Notes: generated by a model from the sequence alone, not told the origin. DNA of 64,000 nucleotides from Tepidisphaera sp. (GCA_050916045.1 CP051526.1:3360001-3424000); one strand, 5' to 3'. Counted from the first letter of the stretch, positions 10,017-19,854 are shown. Numbers and translations are program-made.

Positions 10017-10316
10017 CTACATCGTCGGCGATCCGGAATCCGTCACAAGCACCCGCACCGCCGCTCCCACGCAAAGCACCGCCACCATCCCAAGCGCCCA
10101 CCGGCCCGACATCGGCCCGTGGTCCCGCACATTGTGCCACAGGAAGTACCCCGACACCGCCGCCAGCGAAGCCAGCTTGAGCGCCATCGAAAATCGCGCA
10201 AGCCGCGTCACAAACCGTGGGAGCCGATGCCGGAGCGGCCCGAACGCCACAAACGCCGACACGCCGAGCGTGACCACCGCAATCCCCGCATGCACCATGT
10301 TCCGCGAAAATTCCAA
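10017..10316 (-). CDS. Small 3-TM hypothetical membrane protein
   Basis: Fills the gap exactly between the two ALDH genes. Three hydrophobic segments. Confidence 0.6.
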   Translation of the reverse strand: MEFSRNMVHAGIAVVTLGVSAFVAFGPLRHRLPRFVTRLARFSMALKLASLAAVSGYFLWHNVRDHGPMSGRWALGMVAVLCVGAAVRVLVTDSGSPTM

Positions 10317-10325
10317 ACTTAGCCC

Positions 10326-11870
10326 TCACAGATTCACATACCCCCGCAAGCCCTGCATCCCCCCCTCGCGCCCGAACCCCGACTCCTTGAACCCGCCGAA
10401 CGGGCTCGCCGGGTCGAACTTGTTGTACGTGTTCATCCACACCACGCCCGCTTTCAGCTGCCGCGCGATCTGGAAGATCTTCGACCCCTTGTCCGTCCAC
10501 ACGCCCGCCGCAAGCCCATACGGCGAGTTGTTCGCCCGCGTGATCGCTTCCTCCGGCGTCCGGAAGCTCATCACGCTCAGGACCGGCCCGAAAATCTCCT
10601 CGCGTGCGATCGTGTGCGCCGGCTGCACGCCCGTGAAGAAGCACGGCCGGCAGAAGTATCCCTTCGCGAACCCATCGTTCACCGAAGCCCACGGGTTCGA
10701 ACCCGTGGGTTTGCCGCCGCCCACATGAAGCTCCGCCCCTTCCTCCGCCCCGATACGGATGTACTTCTCGATCGTCGCAAGCTGCTGCTTGGAGTTCACA
10801 GCTCCGACATCCGTGTTCTTGTCCATCGGGTCGCCCACCCGCAAGCTCGCCATCCGATGCTTCAGCTTCTTCACCACAAGCTCAAGCACCGATTCCTGCA
10901 CGAAAAGCCGCGACCCCGCGCAGCACACCTCGCCCTGATTGAAGTAAATCCCCGCGATGATCCCCTCCACCGCCTGATCGATCGAAGCATCCTCAAAGAT
11001 AATGTTCGCGCTCTTCCCGCCAAGCTCAAGCGTCAGCTTCGGCACGTTCCCCTTCCGCGCCGGATCGCTCACCGCCGCCGCGATCCGCTTGCCCACCTCC
11101 GTCGACCCCGTGAACGCGATCTTGTTCACCCCCGGGTGCGAAACCAGCGCCGCTCCCGTCCGCCCATCCCCCGTCACCACGTTCACCACGCCCGGCGGAA
11201 GCTCGCACTCCTCGATGATCTCAGCAAGCCGCAGCGCCGTCAGCGGCGTCGTCTCCGCCGGCTTGAGCACCACCGTGTTCCCGCACGCCAGCGCCGGCCC
11301 GATCTTCCACGCCGCCATCAAAAGCGGAAAGTTCCACGGGATGATCTGCCCGCACACACCAACCGGCGTCGGCGTCCGCCCCGGGAACGCATACTTCAGC
11401 TTGTCCGCCCACCCCGCGTGATAGAACAGGTGCGCCGCCACCAACGGCACATCCACATCCCGGCTTTCCTTGATCGGCTTGCCCGAATCCATCGTCTCGA
11501 GGATCGCGAGCTCGCGAGCCCGCTCCTGCACGCGCCGCGCCAGCCGGAAAAGATACTTGCTCCGCTCACCCGCCGCCAAGCCCGCCCACTTCGGCTGAGC
11601 TTTCACCGCCGCTTGCACCGCCGCATCGACATCGCTCGCGGACCCCTGCGCAACCTCCGCAAGCGTCTGCTCATTCGCCGGGTTGATCGTCCCAAACACC
11701 GCCGGCTCGCCCTTTCCAGGCTTGCCCGCGACGAACTTGCCCCCGATGAAATGCCCGTAACGCGGCTTGATCGCGACCTTCACCGTCTCGGGCGCGGGCG
11801 CATAATCCCACCCCGCACGCTTGACCAAAGCCGGTTCGGCGACCACTCCGTTGCTCTGTTCCTGACCCAT
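10326..11870 (-). CDS. Aldehyde dehydrogenase
   Basis: IIPWNFP, FTGSTEVG, LELGGKS, NQGEVCCAGSR, EEIFGPV, FGGFKESGFGREGG. Confidence 0.95.
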   Translation of the reverse strand: MGQEQSNGVVAEPALVKRAGWDYAPAPETVKVAIKPRYGHFIGGKFVAGKPGKGEPAVFGTINPANEQTLAEVAQGSASDVDAAVQAAVKAQPKWAGLAAGERSKYLFRLARRVQERARELAILETMDSGKPIKESRDVDVPLVAAHLFYHAGWADKLKYAFPGRTPTPVGVCGQIIPWNFPLLMAAWKIGPALACGNTVVLKPAETTPLTALRLAEIIEECELPPGVVNVVTGDGRTGAALVSHPGVNKIAFTGSTEVGKRIAAAVSDPARKGNVPKLTLELGGKSANIIFEDASIDQAVEGIIAGIYFNQGEVCCAGSRLFVQESVLELVVKKLKHRMASLRVGDPMDKNTDVGAVNSKQQLATIEKYIRIGAEEGAELHVGGGKPTGSNPWASVNDGFAKGYFCRPCFFTGVQPAHTIAREEIFGPVLSVMSFRTPEEAITRANNSPYGLAAGVWTDKGSKIFQIARQLKAGVVWMNTYNKFDPASPFGGFKESGFGREGGMQGLRGYVNL

Positions 11871-11909
11871 GCAAGCTCCTCGACCGGCGTACCCATCGCC
11901 CGCCTGAGG

Positions 11910-12629
11910 TTATGCCGCCCGCCCCGACGGCCCCCCGGCCGCAACCACGCGTTCCCAGCCACATTCCGGGCACTTCGCAAGCCCGCCGACCTCGTACCCG
12001 CACCCGACGCATCGTCCTTTCCGCACCCGCACCCAGCGCCGAACGCCCTTCACGATCACCCACACACCCAACCCGATCACGCCCCCGAGCACCCCGTAGA
12101 TCGCCGAGTTCGCCATCAGTCCAGGCCACATCACCCCCGTCGGAAGCGGCCGCGGCTTTCCCTCTTTCGCGAGCCATCGAACATCGATGCCCGCGTTGAG
12201 CCCGACCCGCTCCACGAACGCGGACTTGATCGCTTGCACCCTCTCGCTCGTCTGGCCCGGCCGCATCGGGCGGTACGCGAGCGAATCACTCCGCACCGCG
12301 TAGCACGGCCACCCGAACTCCGACGACCAGATCGTAAACCAGCCGCCGTCAAGCCCGCGCTCCGTCGGAACCGGGAAATCCGTCGCGACCTGCCGAAATC
12401 CCGCGGCCCGACCCGGCATTTCACGCCCGGCTTTCGGCTCGGGAAGCACATCCGCCAGATAGCTCGGCGTCCGCCACGACGACGCTTCCGTCCGGGACTG
12501 ACCGCGAAAGGAACTGAGGTCCGCCCGGAGCGCGATCGTCCACGCGACACCAAGCGTACAAATCACGCCGAAGACCCACGCCAGCCCGCACCACCAAGCC
12601 ACAATGGCGAACCAGCGGCGTCTCATCAC
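11910..12629 (-). CDS. Membrane protein with C-terminal zinc ribbon
   Basis: Two TMs, FGWP motif, C-terminal CVGCGYEVGGLAKCPECG. Confidence 0.75.
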   Translation of the reverse strand: MMRRRWFAIVAWWCGLAWVFGVICTLGVAWTIALRADLSSFRGQSRTEASSWRTPSYLADVLPEPKAGREMPGRAAGFRQVATDFPVPTERGLDGGWFTIWSSEFGWPCYAVRSDSLAYRPMRPGQTSERVQAIKSAFVERVGLNAGIDVRWLAKEGKPRPLPTGVMWPGLMANSAIYGVLGGVIGLGVWVIVKGVRRWVRVRKGRCVGCGYEVGGLAKCPECGWERVVAAGGPSGRAA

Positions 12630-12646
12630 TCCCGAGCATACCCCGC

Positions 12647-13153
12647 ATGCCCGAACGCTTCCTTCTTGACATCACCCGCGTCGAGATCACCGATCACCGC
12701 GGCGCAAAGCGCGTCGTGCCGCTCCTCGACGCCCTCGGCCCCCCCCGCGGCTTCGCCAACCACCCGGGAAGCCCCGCGCTCTGGAGCATCCGCAAGCACA
12801 TCCTCCGCCGCACCTGGCTCGCCGGCATGCTCCTGGGCGGAACGGTCACCCTCGTCATCGCCGGAGTTCTCGGGACGATCGTTCTGGTCCCGCGGCTCAA
12901 CCGCACGACCGCCGATTTCTTCTTCTGGGTCGCCGTCTCGATCCCGCTCTTCATCCTCGGCTATGAGCGATTCGTGCTGCCGATCTTCCGGCGCATGTAC
13001 CGCCCCGCGTACACGGACGGCGCCCTTGCAATCAAGCTCTGCCCATTCTGCCTGTACGATCTCTCGAGCATCGCGCCCGACGCCGACGGTGCCCGGACGT
13101 GCCCTGAGTGCGCCGGCGGCTGGCGTCTCGCGGAACCGCGCCCGCCCGGCTGA
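12647..13153 (+). CDS. 2-TM membrane protein with C-terminal zinc ribbon
   Basis: CPFCLYDL...CPECAG after two TMs. Confidence 0.75.
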   Translation: MPERFLLDITRVEITDHRGAKRVVPLLDALGPPRGFANHPGSPALWSIRKHILRRTWLAGMLLGGTVTLVIAGVLGTIVLVPRLNRTTADFFFWVAVSIPLFILGYERFVLPIFRRMYRPAYTDGALAIKLCPFCLYDLSSIAPDADGARTCPECAGGWRLAEPRPPG

Positions 13154-13576
13154 TCACGCGGCTTTACCGATCGCGTCGTCGCACGCGCGGACGATCGTCT
13201 CGGGCCGGAACGGCTTGGTGACAAACGAGTGACACCCCGCGTCCAGGCACTGCTTGCGGATGTCCACCTCGCGGCTGCCCGAACACGCGATCACCGGCAC
13301 CGTACACCCGCGAGCGCGGATCTCGCGGACGATCTCCGGCCCGGTCATCCCCGGCATGTTCACATCGATCACGACGATATCGAACCGCGCAAACCCCGAC
13401 CCCTCGGGCACGTTCTCAAGCGCCTGCAGCGCGATCATCCCCGTCTCCGCCACGACGACCGTGTAGCCCGCTTTGGTCAGAGATCGCTGCGCCAGAATGC
13501 GGCTCAGCGAGCAGTCATCGATCACCAGCGCCCGTCGGGCCTGAACCTTCATCCCCTGATCGCTCTGCTGTCCCAT
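13154..13576 (-). CDS. Single-domain response regulator (CheY-like)
   Basis: ALVIDD, IDVNMPGMTG, VIACSG, FVTKPF. Confidence 0.9.
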   Translation of the reverse strand: MGQQSDQGMKVQARRALVIDDCSLSRILAQRSLTKAGYTVVVAETGMIALQALENVPEGSGFARFDIVVIDVNMPGMTGPEIVREIRARGCTVPVIACSGSREVDIRKQCLDAGCHSFVTKPFRPETIVRACDDAIGKAA

Positions 13577-13643
13577 GCTGTATTCATCGGCATACCCGCC
13601 GCGAGCGTTCACCGGGCGGCACGATCCAAGGTCCGTTCTCGCG

Positions 13644-14210
13644 TCAGAATCCCAGCAGCGATTCCACACGCTCGACCAGAATGTGGAGCACCAGCATGTG
13701 GAGCTCCTGGATCCGATCCGACGTCGGCCCCGGAGCGATGACCTCATGATCGCACACCCCACGAAGCGGGCCGCCGTCCTTGCCCAGCAGAGCCACCGTC
13801 GTGATCCGCTTGGACTTCGCCGCCGCGACCGCACGGACGATGTTCGCGGACTTGCCGCTGGTCGTCAGTACAATCAGCACGTCGCCGGAAGCTCCCAAAG
13901 CCTCGACGCCCCGCGAAAACACCTGGTCAAACCCGTAATCGTTCGCGACGCACGTCAGATGCCCGGGTTCGGCGATCGCAATCGCCGGCAGAGCCTTCCG
14001 ATCCGCGCGAAAGCGGCCCGTCAGCTCCTCCGCGAAGTGGATCGAGTCCGCGAGTGACCCGCCGTTCCCGCAGATCAGCACCTTGTTGCCAGCCTTGAAC
14101 GCCTCAGCGAGCGCGACCGCGATCGCCTCGACCTTCGACGCCGTTTGCGCGGTCGCGAACGCGGCCGCAAGCTCCGCCGCTTCCCTTAGAGATTGTTCCG
14201 CTGTCGCCAT
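13644..14210 (-). CDS. gmhA: D-sedoheptulose 7-phosphate isomerase
   Basis: ICGNGGS, HFAEELTGRF, ANDYG, TTSGKS, DRIQELHM. Confidence 0.93.
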   Translation of the reverse strand: MATAEQSLREAAELAAAFATAQTASKVEAIAVALAEAFKAGNKVLICGNGGSLADSIHFAEELTGRFRADRKALPAIAIAEPGHLTCVANDYGFDQVFSRGVEALGASGDVLIVLTTSGKSANIVRAVAAAKSKRITTVALLGKDGGPLRGVCDHEVIAPGPTSDRIQELHMLVLHILVERVESLLGF

Positions 14211-14257
14211 TCCCCGAGGATAGCAGGGTTTGCTGTCCGAGCGGTCCGCTCCGAATC

Positions 14258-15403
14258 TCAGTGTCCCGCCGCCGGTGCCGCCGCCGCTTTGGCTTCGTTC
14301 GCCGTCGTCAGTGCGTCGATCATCTCCGCTTGCCAGGGGTGTTCGCCAAGCCACTCGATCTCGCCGGTGGAGATGTCGCAGACCGCGCCCACGACCTTGA
14401 CCTTGCCCTTGGCGACCAGCGACCGAATGTCCTTGCTCTCGCGGATCAAGCTGAACACCGTCTGCCAGACGTTCTCCTTGATCGCGGCTTTCGTCAGATC
14501 ATCCCCCTTCGCGTCCGGGTTCTTCCGCTTGGCCCGCGCCACCGCCGGCTCAATGGCATCGACGATGTCCGCGATCTTCCCGTGCACATCCGCGCCCGCA
14601 ACCGCCGCCCCGACCGCTCCGCACTTGGAGTGACCCATCACGACCAGAAGCGGCGTGTTCAGGTGACCAAGACCGTACTCGACCGTCCCGATCTCGCTCG
14701 TCCCGGCGATGTTGCCCGCCACGCGGACGACGAACACCTCGCCCACGCCGCGATCCACGATCCGCTCAACCGGAAGACGAGAATCCGCGCACGTCAGCAC
14801 CGTCACGAACGGCTTCTGCCCGTTGTCGGTGACATCCTTGCGACGGGCGGCGTCGGTGTTCGGGCTCGTCGGCTTGCCGGCGACCCAGCGGGTGTTGCCA
14901 TCCATCAGCAGCTTGAGCGCTTCATCCGCGGCGACCGATCCCGCCTCGCCGTGGCTCGCCGAACCCGCAGTCGAACTTCCGGACGACTTTACCGGCTGTC
15001 CGTGCGGATCGCTGTGACCCGCCTGTGGCTTGCCGTGCGGGTCCCCGTGACCATCATCGCTCTTCGAGCTGCCGTGCGAAGCGACCTTCGTTGCCGCGCC
15101 CGCACCCGGGCCGTGATCATCCTCATGCCCGCCCGAAGCATGCTCATCGCCGTGGCCGCCCATCGGCTCCGCTCCGTGGCCACCACCATGACCATCGTCA
15201 TGGCCGGAACCGCCTGCGGATTCATGTCCTGCGTCGTGGCTCGCGCCGTGCTCGCCGTGGCCATCATCGTGGCCTGCCGAGTGATCGCCATGACCATCGT
15301 GGGCCTTCGCGCCCGTCGGCGACACGCCCGAAGCCATCGCGATCACGACCGCCGCCGTGATCCCGCCCGAAACCGCCGCCATGACCACGGATTTGCCTGT
15401 CAT
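14258..15403 (-). CDS. Beta-class carbonic anhydrase with signal peptide and His/Gly/Asp-rich N-terminal region
   Basis: CADSR, VRVAGN, MGHSKCGAV zinc ligands. Long His-rich low-complexity segment. Confidence 0.92.
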   Translation of the reverse strand: MTGKSVVMAAVSGGITAAVVIAMASGVSPTGAKAHDGHGDHSAGHDDGHGEHGASHDAGHESAGGSGHDDGHGGGHGAEPMGGHGDEHASGGHEDDHGPGAGAATKVASHGSSKSDDGHGDPHGKPQAGHSDPHGQPVKSSGSSTAGSASHGEAGSVAADEALKLLMDGNTRWVAGKPTSPNTDAARRKDVTDNGQKPFVTVLTCADSRLPVERIVDRGVGEVFVVRVAGNIAGTSEIGTVEYGLGHLNTPLLVVMGHSKCGAVGAAVAGADVHGKIADIVDAIEPAVARAKRKNPDAKGDDLTKAAIKENVWQTVFSLIRESKDIRSLVAKGKVKVVGAVCDISTGEIEWLGEHPWQAEMIDALTTANEAKAAAAPAAGH

Positions 15404-15469
15404 CGTAAAGCTCCTGGGAAACCACCGTCGTCATCGGACATTCTGGGACGCCGCTTCAGTCCCACCGAC

Positions 15470-15484
15470 TGGCACGCGAGTTGC
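15470..15484 (+). promoter_or_regulatory. Sigma54 (-24/-12) promoter upstream of flgF
   Basis: TGGCAC-GCGAG-TTGC matches TGGCAC-N5-TTGC. Confidence 0.75.
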
Positions 15485-15496
15485 GTGTGCATCCGC

Positions 15497-16267
15497 ATGG
15501 ACCTTGGCGTCTCACTCTCAACCTCGGGCGCACTCACCGCGATGTACCGCATGGACGTTCTGTCCAATAACCTCGCGAACGTCTCAACCGCCGGCTTCAA
15601 GCCCGACCTGCCCATCGCCAAACAGCGTGACGTGGTCCGCCGCGAGGACGGCATCGACATGCCGTCCAATGAGCTGCTCGAGCGTCTCGGCGGCGGGGTG
15701 CACCAGGGGCGCACCCGCGTGCGCTTCTCGCAGGGCGCACTTGTTGCCGGTGGTGACCTGGATTGCGCGTTGCAAGGCGACGGGTTCTTCGTCGTCCGAG
15801 AATCCGGAAGCAGCGCCGGCGACCAGCTCCGCCTCACCCGCAACGGCCGGTTCGCCGTCGACGCCCGCAACCGCCTCGTCATGGCCGACTCAGGCCTTCC
15901 CGTCATGTCCGCGAGCAACGACGTCATCACGATCGACCCGCGCAAGCCGGTGACCATCAACACCGACGGCAAGATCGTCCAGGGCAACTCCGAAGTCGGC
16001 TTTCTCAAGGTCGTCGATGTCCCCAACCCCGACGGCCTGACCAAGTCCGGCAACATGTTCAAAGCACCCGCCGAAGCCCTGCAATCCAAGACGAAAGCCA
16101 ACGCCCTCGTCCGTCAGGGACAGGTGGAGCAGTCCACCGTCGACCCCCTCCAAGCCACCATGCAGATCTCCAACGCGGCCCGCGCCGTCGAAAGCAACCT
16201 CAACGTCATGACCTACTCCGACCGCATGATGGAACGGGCCATCAACACCCTCGGCCGTCCGTCGTAA
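15497..16267 (+). CDS. flgF: Flagellar basal-body rod protein (FlgF-like)
   Basis: DVLSNNLANVSTAGFK, DCALQGDGFFVV, LTRNGRF, VEQSTVD. Lies directly before flgG. Confidence 0.82.
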   Translation: MDLGVSLSTSGALTAMYRMDVLSNNLANVSTAGFKPDLPIAKQRDVVRREDGIDMPSNELLERLGGGVHQGRTRVRFSQGALVAGGDLDCALQGDGFFVVRESGSSAGDQLRLTRNGRFAVDARNRLVMADSGLPVMSASNDVITIDPRKPVTINTDGKIVQGNSEVGFLKVVDVPNPDGLTKSGNMFKAPAEALQSKTKANALVRQGQVEQSTVDPLQATMQISNAARAVESNLNVMTYSDRMMERAINTLGRPS

Positions 16268-16288
16268 AGCACTCCCCAAGGAACACCC

Positions 16289-17089
16289 ATGGCGATTATC
16301 GCGCTCCAGTCCGCCGCTTCGGCACTTTCTGCGCTCAACACCGCGCTCGACGTCACCGCCAACAACCTGGCCAACGTCAACACGACCGGGTTCAAGTCCA
16401 GCCGGGCCAACTTCCAGGACCTCCTCTACATCGAACGCGCCCAGCCCGGCGTCGAGAACGCCAACGGCGACCAGCGCCCCATCGGCCTGTACGTCGGCCT
16501 GGGCGTCAAAGTCGCCGGCACCCAGCTCAACTTCACCCCGGGCAACCCGATCGTGGGCAACGAGTTTGACCTGATGATCGACGGCCCCGGGTTCTTCAAG
16601 GTCCGCGTCGAGGACGCCAGCGGCGGCACCGCCTACACCCGCGCAGGGCACTTTGTGCGCAATTCCGAGGGCGATATCGTTCTCGCAAGCTCCGACGGCC
16701 GTCGCTTGGAGCCCAACATCCCGATCCCCGCCGACGCCACCTCCGTTTCGGTCACCACCGACGGCAACGTCTGGTTCATGCAGGCCGGCAACCCCCAGCC
16801 GCAGCAGGCCGGGCAGATCCAGCTCGTCAACTTCGTCAATCCGGCCGGTCTCAAGCAGATCGGCGAGACTTTGTTCACCGAGACCGCCGCCAGCGGCGGG
16901 CCCGTCGAGGGCGTCCCCGGCACCGATAACCGCGGGACCATCAAGCAGGGCTACACCGAATCATCGAACGTCGATCCCACCCGCGAGCTGATCGACATGA
17001 TCCGCACGCAGCGGGCTTTCGAGATGAACAGCAACACGATCCGGGCGGCGGACGACACGCTGCGGGCGGTCGCTCAGCTCCGGCGGTAA
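16289..17089 (+). CDS. flgG: Flagellar basal-body rod protein FlgG
   Basis: ANNLANVNTTGFKSSRANFQDLLY, GLGVKV, YTRAG, ESSNVD..ELIDMIRTQRAFEMNS. Confidence 0.93.
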   Translation: MAIIALQSAASALSALNTALDVTANNLANVNTTGFKSSRANFQDLLYIERAQPGVENANGDQRPIGLYVGLGVKVAGTQLNFTPGNPIVGNEFDLMIDGPGFFKVRVEDASGGTAYTRAGHFVRNSEGDIVLASSDGRRLEPNIPIPADATSVSVTTDGNVWFMQAGNPQPQQAGQIQLVNFVNPAGLKQIGETLFTETAASGGPVEGVPGTDNRGTIKQGYTESSNVDPTRELIDMIRTQRAFEMNSNTIRAADDTLRAVAQLRR

Positions 17090-17109
17090 TCCTGAAGATC
17101 TGACCCGTC

Positions 17110-17124
17110 TGGCATGACGGTTGC
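17110..17124 (+). promoter_or_regulatory. Second sigma54 promoter, upstream of flgA
   Basis: TGGCAT-GACGG-TTGC in the flgG-flgA gap. Confidence 0.65.
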
Positions 17125-17188
17125 GATGGGCTTCGTGTCGCCACGGATGGCGACGTCTGGGCGCAAGGACGCGCCCGCGGAGGTCGGC

Positions 17189-18295
17189 ATGCAGAACTTG
17201 CTCAATCATCCCGGAACCAACACCCGCCGTTTGGTCGCGATCGTTCTCGCGGTGGTCATGGTGTGCGTCTCGGCCGCCCGGGGCCAGGACACCGTGACCC
17301 TGCGGCCGACCGCAGAGGTCGGCGAGGGCAAGATCCTGCTCAAGGACGTCGCCGACCTGGACGGCAAAGCGGCCGAATCCCTCGGCGACGTGGTCGTGCT
17401 TGAGAAGTGGACGGGCGGAGAAGCGTCATGGACGACGCTGGAGCTCTCCGCGGTGCGAACGGCGCTGAACGCCGCTTCGGGCGTCAACTGGGGCCGGCTG
17501 TCGCTCAACGGGTCTTCGTGCACGGTCCGCCGAGCGGTGAAGCCCGTCGAAGGGCCGGCGCCCGCGCCGACGGCCGAGCCTGCGGCTTTGGCCCCCACTC
17601 CGGGCGGCGGATCATCGGTTCGTGACCTGGTGACGGCCCGGATCGCCGAGATCTTCTCCGTGGACCAGATGATGCTTCGCCTGACGTTCGAAGCGTCCTC
17701 GAAAGGCCTCCTGGACCTTTCCACAACCGGGCGTGCGGTTGAGATCACGCCCAGCGGCGTGGCGGACCGCGTGCCGCTGACGATCCGCGTGTTCGAGAAG
17801 GACCGGATCGTGGCTTCGGGAACCACGCGGGTGGGTGTGCTGATCCGCCGCGATGTGCTGATCGCCAAAGCGGCGATGAAGCGGGGCGATGTGCTCGACC
17901 TGAGCGACGCGCAGATCGAAGCACGCTGGGTCGGTCCCACGCTCCCTGTCGCCGACATCGCCGATGTGGGGTCGATCGTCAAAGCGAGCAAGATCACGCA
18001 GGGCCAGATGATCCTCGACAACGAGCTTGAGCCCGCGGTGGTCATCAAGAAGGGTGAGCAGGTCAGCGTCTCGTGCATCGCGGGCACCGTGATCGTCAGA
18101 ACGACGGCCCGCGCCGGGAGCGACGGCCGCATCGGCGACGTGATCTCCTTCGAGGGCACCGACAAGAAGAAGCAGGTCTTCCTGGCCCGCGTCGCGGGCC
18201 CGGGCAAAGCGGTCGCGATCGCGGCCGGTTCCGAAGGCTTTGAAGCGGCGGCCGAGCCCGCCGCGACCAGCATCCCAGCAGGAGGTTCCCGATGA
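17189..18295 (+). CDS. flgA: Flagellar P-ring chaperone FlgA
   Basis: Signal peptide, ILLKDVADL, C-terminal SAF-like VIKKGEQV...ARAGSDGRIGDVI. GGAGG precedes ATG 17189, located between flgG and flgH. Confidence 0.82.
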   Translation: MQNLLNHPGTNTRRLVAIVLAVVMVCVSAARGQDTVTLRPTAEVGEGKILLKDVADLDGKAAESLGDVVVLEKWTGGEASWTTLELSAVRTALNAASGVNWGRLSLNGSSCTVRRAVKPVEGPAPAPTAEPAALAPTPGGGSSVRDLVTARIAEIFSVDQMMLRLTFEASSKGLLDLSTTGRAVEITPSGVADRVPLTIRVFEKDRIVASGTTRVGVLIRRDVLIAKAAMKRGDVLDLSDAQIEARWVGPTLPVADIADVGSIVKASKITQGQMILDNELEPAVVIKKGEQVSVSCIAGTVIVRTTARAGSDGRIGDVISFEGTDKKKQVFLARVAGPGKAVAIAAGSEGFEAAAEPAATSIPAGGSR

Positions 18296-18981
18296 AACTT
18301 GCGATCTCGATCGTGGCAATGACGGCCGGTGCGGCCCACGCCCAGAGCTTGTTCCGCCCCATCGGCGAAGTCCTCCCCCCCACCGTCGGCCCCGACGGGA
18401 CGCCGATGACCGCACCCAACGAAGAGCTTCGGGCGACGAGCATGATGTACATCGCGCCCCCCAAACCGCGCAAATTCGAGGTGCATCAGCAGGTCATGAT
18501 CCTCGTCGATGAGAACAGCCAGTCGACGAGCAAGGAAAGCCTCGAGACCAAGAAGGACATGCAGCAGGATTCGTCCCTCAAGAAGTTCCCGAGCCTCAAG
18601 GACCTGATCGAGGGCGAGCTCCGCACGGGTGACAGCTCACCGATCGTCGAGTTCGGGGTCGCGGACAAGAGCAAGTACAAGGGCGAGGGGACGTACCAGC
18701 GCGACGACCGTTTCACGGCGAAGATCACGGCGACGGTCATCGATGTCAAGCCCAACGGCATCCTCGTGATCGAAGCCCGCAAGAGCATCACGACCAACGG
18801 CGAGACCAAGACCCTTGTGCTGTCGGGAACGTGCCGCCGCGAGGACGTGACGGGGAGCAACACAGTGCTTTCGAGCCAGCTGGCGGACCTGACGATCGTG
18901 CAAGAAACGTCGGGCGAGCTTCGTGACGCGTCGGACAAGGGCTGGATCACGCGGGTGCTCGAAGCGGTGTTCAGCTTCTAG
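18292..18981 (+). CDS. flgH: Flagellar L-ring protein FlgH
   Basis: ILVDENS, ITATVIDVKPNGILVIEARK, LSGTCRREDV...SSQLADL, GWITRVL. Confidence 0.9.
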   Translation: MKLAISIVAMTAGAAHAQSLFRPIGEVLPPTVGPDGTPMTAPNEELRATSMMYIAPPKPRKFEVHQQVMILVDENSQSTSKESLETKKDMQQDSSLKKFPSLKDLIEGELRTGDSSPIVEFGVADKSKYKGEGTYQRDDRFTAKITATVIDVKPNGILVIEARKSITTNGETKTLVLSGTCRREDVTGSNTVLSSQLADLTIVQETSGELRDASDKGWITRVLEAVFSF

Positions 18982-19032
18982 CGTCATCCCTCGGCGATGG
19001 ACGCCCGAGTGACGGGCGGACGAGGTCGATGC

Positions 19033-19770
19033 TCACAGCTTGGAGGCTTCCGCGGCGCTGTTGTGGTCGCCTGGTTGCGGAGCGGCCTGGGCGGGCGCGA
19101 CGGACTGGGCGACGGCGGCGGTGGCGACTTCGACAACGGCGGCTTCGCCGTAGCCGCGCCGGATGAGCTGGCCGCACTCGGGGCACTTTTCGGCGGTGAC
19201 GCCGACGAGGTTGTAGCCGCATTTGCCGCAGAGGTTCATCGCGGCCAGTCGGCGTTCGCGCGTCATGCGCTCCTCGCGGAGCATCCAGAGCGTGTGGAGG
19301 GTTCGTGCGGTGGCGATACCGACGACCCAGCCGACGAGCATCGAGAGCACGCGGTCGAACCCGGCCCACATCATCACGTACTGGATGCCCAACCAGAGGA
19401 TGTAGAGGACGGGCGAGAGGACGAACCGCTGGAGCTGAACGACGCCGGCGTCGCGGATGTAGGACATGCCGGCGTGGGCGGGCTCGACGAGGAGGTGTTC
19501 AGCTTTGTCGAGGAACTTGTTCCGCCAGGAGCCATGGTTGGCGATCCAGTGCAGGACGAAGTAGATCGCGACATCGAAGATGATGTCGGTAACGAAGGTG
19601 ATCGCCAGGATCAGGACTCGGTGGTCGTCATCCACGCCCCAGTGACGGGAGAAGTGAACCACAAGCATGGTCGGTGGGAGGGCAAGCAGCCCCGCGGCGA
19701 CAATGTTCACGTTCACGTTGATGATCCGCCGGGCATACCAGCGGCCGAGCCAGTGCATTCGGGGCATCAT
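19033..19770 (-). CDS. 4-TM membrane protein with zinc ribbon
   Basis: Four hydrophobic segments then CGKCGYNLVGVTAEKCPECG. Start position is uncertain. Confidence 0.7.
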   Translation of the reverse strand: MMPRMHWLGRWYARRIINVNVNIVAAGLLALPPTMLVVHFSRHWGVDDDHRVLILAITFVTDIIFDVAIYFVLHWIANHGSWRNKFLDKAEHLLVEPAHAGMSYIRDAGVVQLQRFVLSPVLYILWLGIQYVMMWAGFDRVLSMLVGWVVGIATARTLHTLWMLREERMTRERRLAAMNLCGKCGYNLVGVTAEKCPECGQLIRRGYGEAAVVEVATAAVAQSVAPAQAAPQPGDHNSAAEASKL

Positions 19771-19831
19771 ACGAGCCCGACCCGCGAGCGAGGGGTTGGC
19801 ATGGGATGAATCTGTGGGGCCGCCCAATGAC

Positions 19832-19854
19832 AAACCCCGCGCTGGCGCGCGGGG
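19832..19854 (-). terminator. Probable intrinsic terminator after ugd
   Basis: CCCCGCGC-TGGC-GCGCGGGG hairpin followed by TTT on the minus strand. Confidence 0.55.

Noticed and set aside
988..13232. Long alternative-frame ORFs (e.g. 988..3435, 9127..10728, 10614..13232)
   Set aside because: These are biased-composition shadow ORFs typical of high-GC DNA, overlapping genes with clear motifs.
14261..15496. 400-aa N-terminal extension of FlgF in ORF 14261..16267
   Set aside because: It is the antisense shadow of the carbonic anhydrase. Rod-protein homology and the promoter point to ATG 15497.
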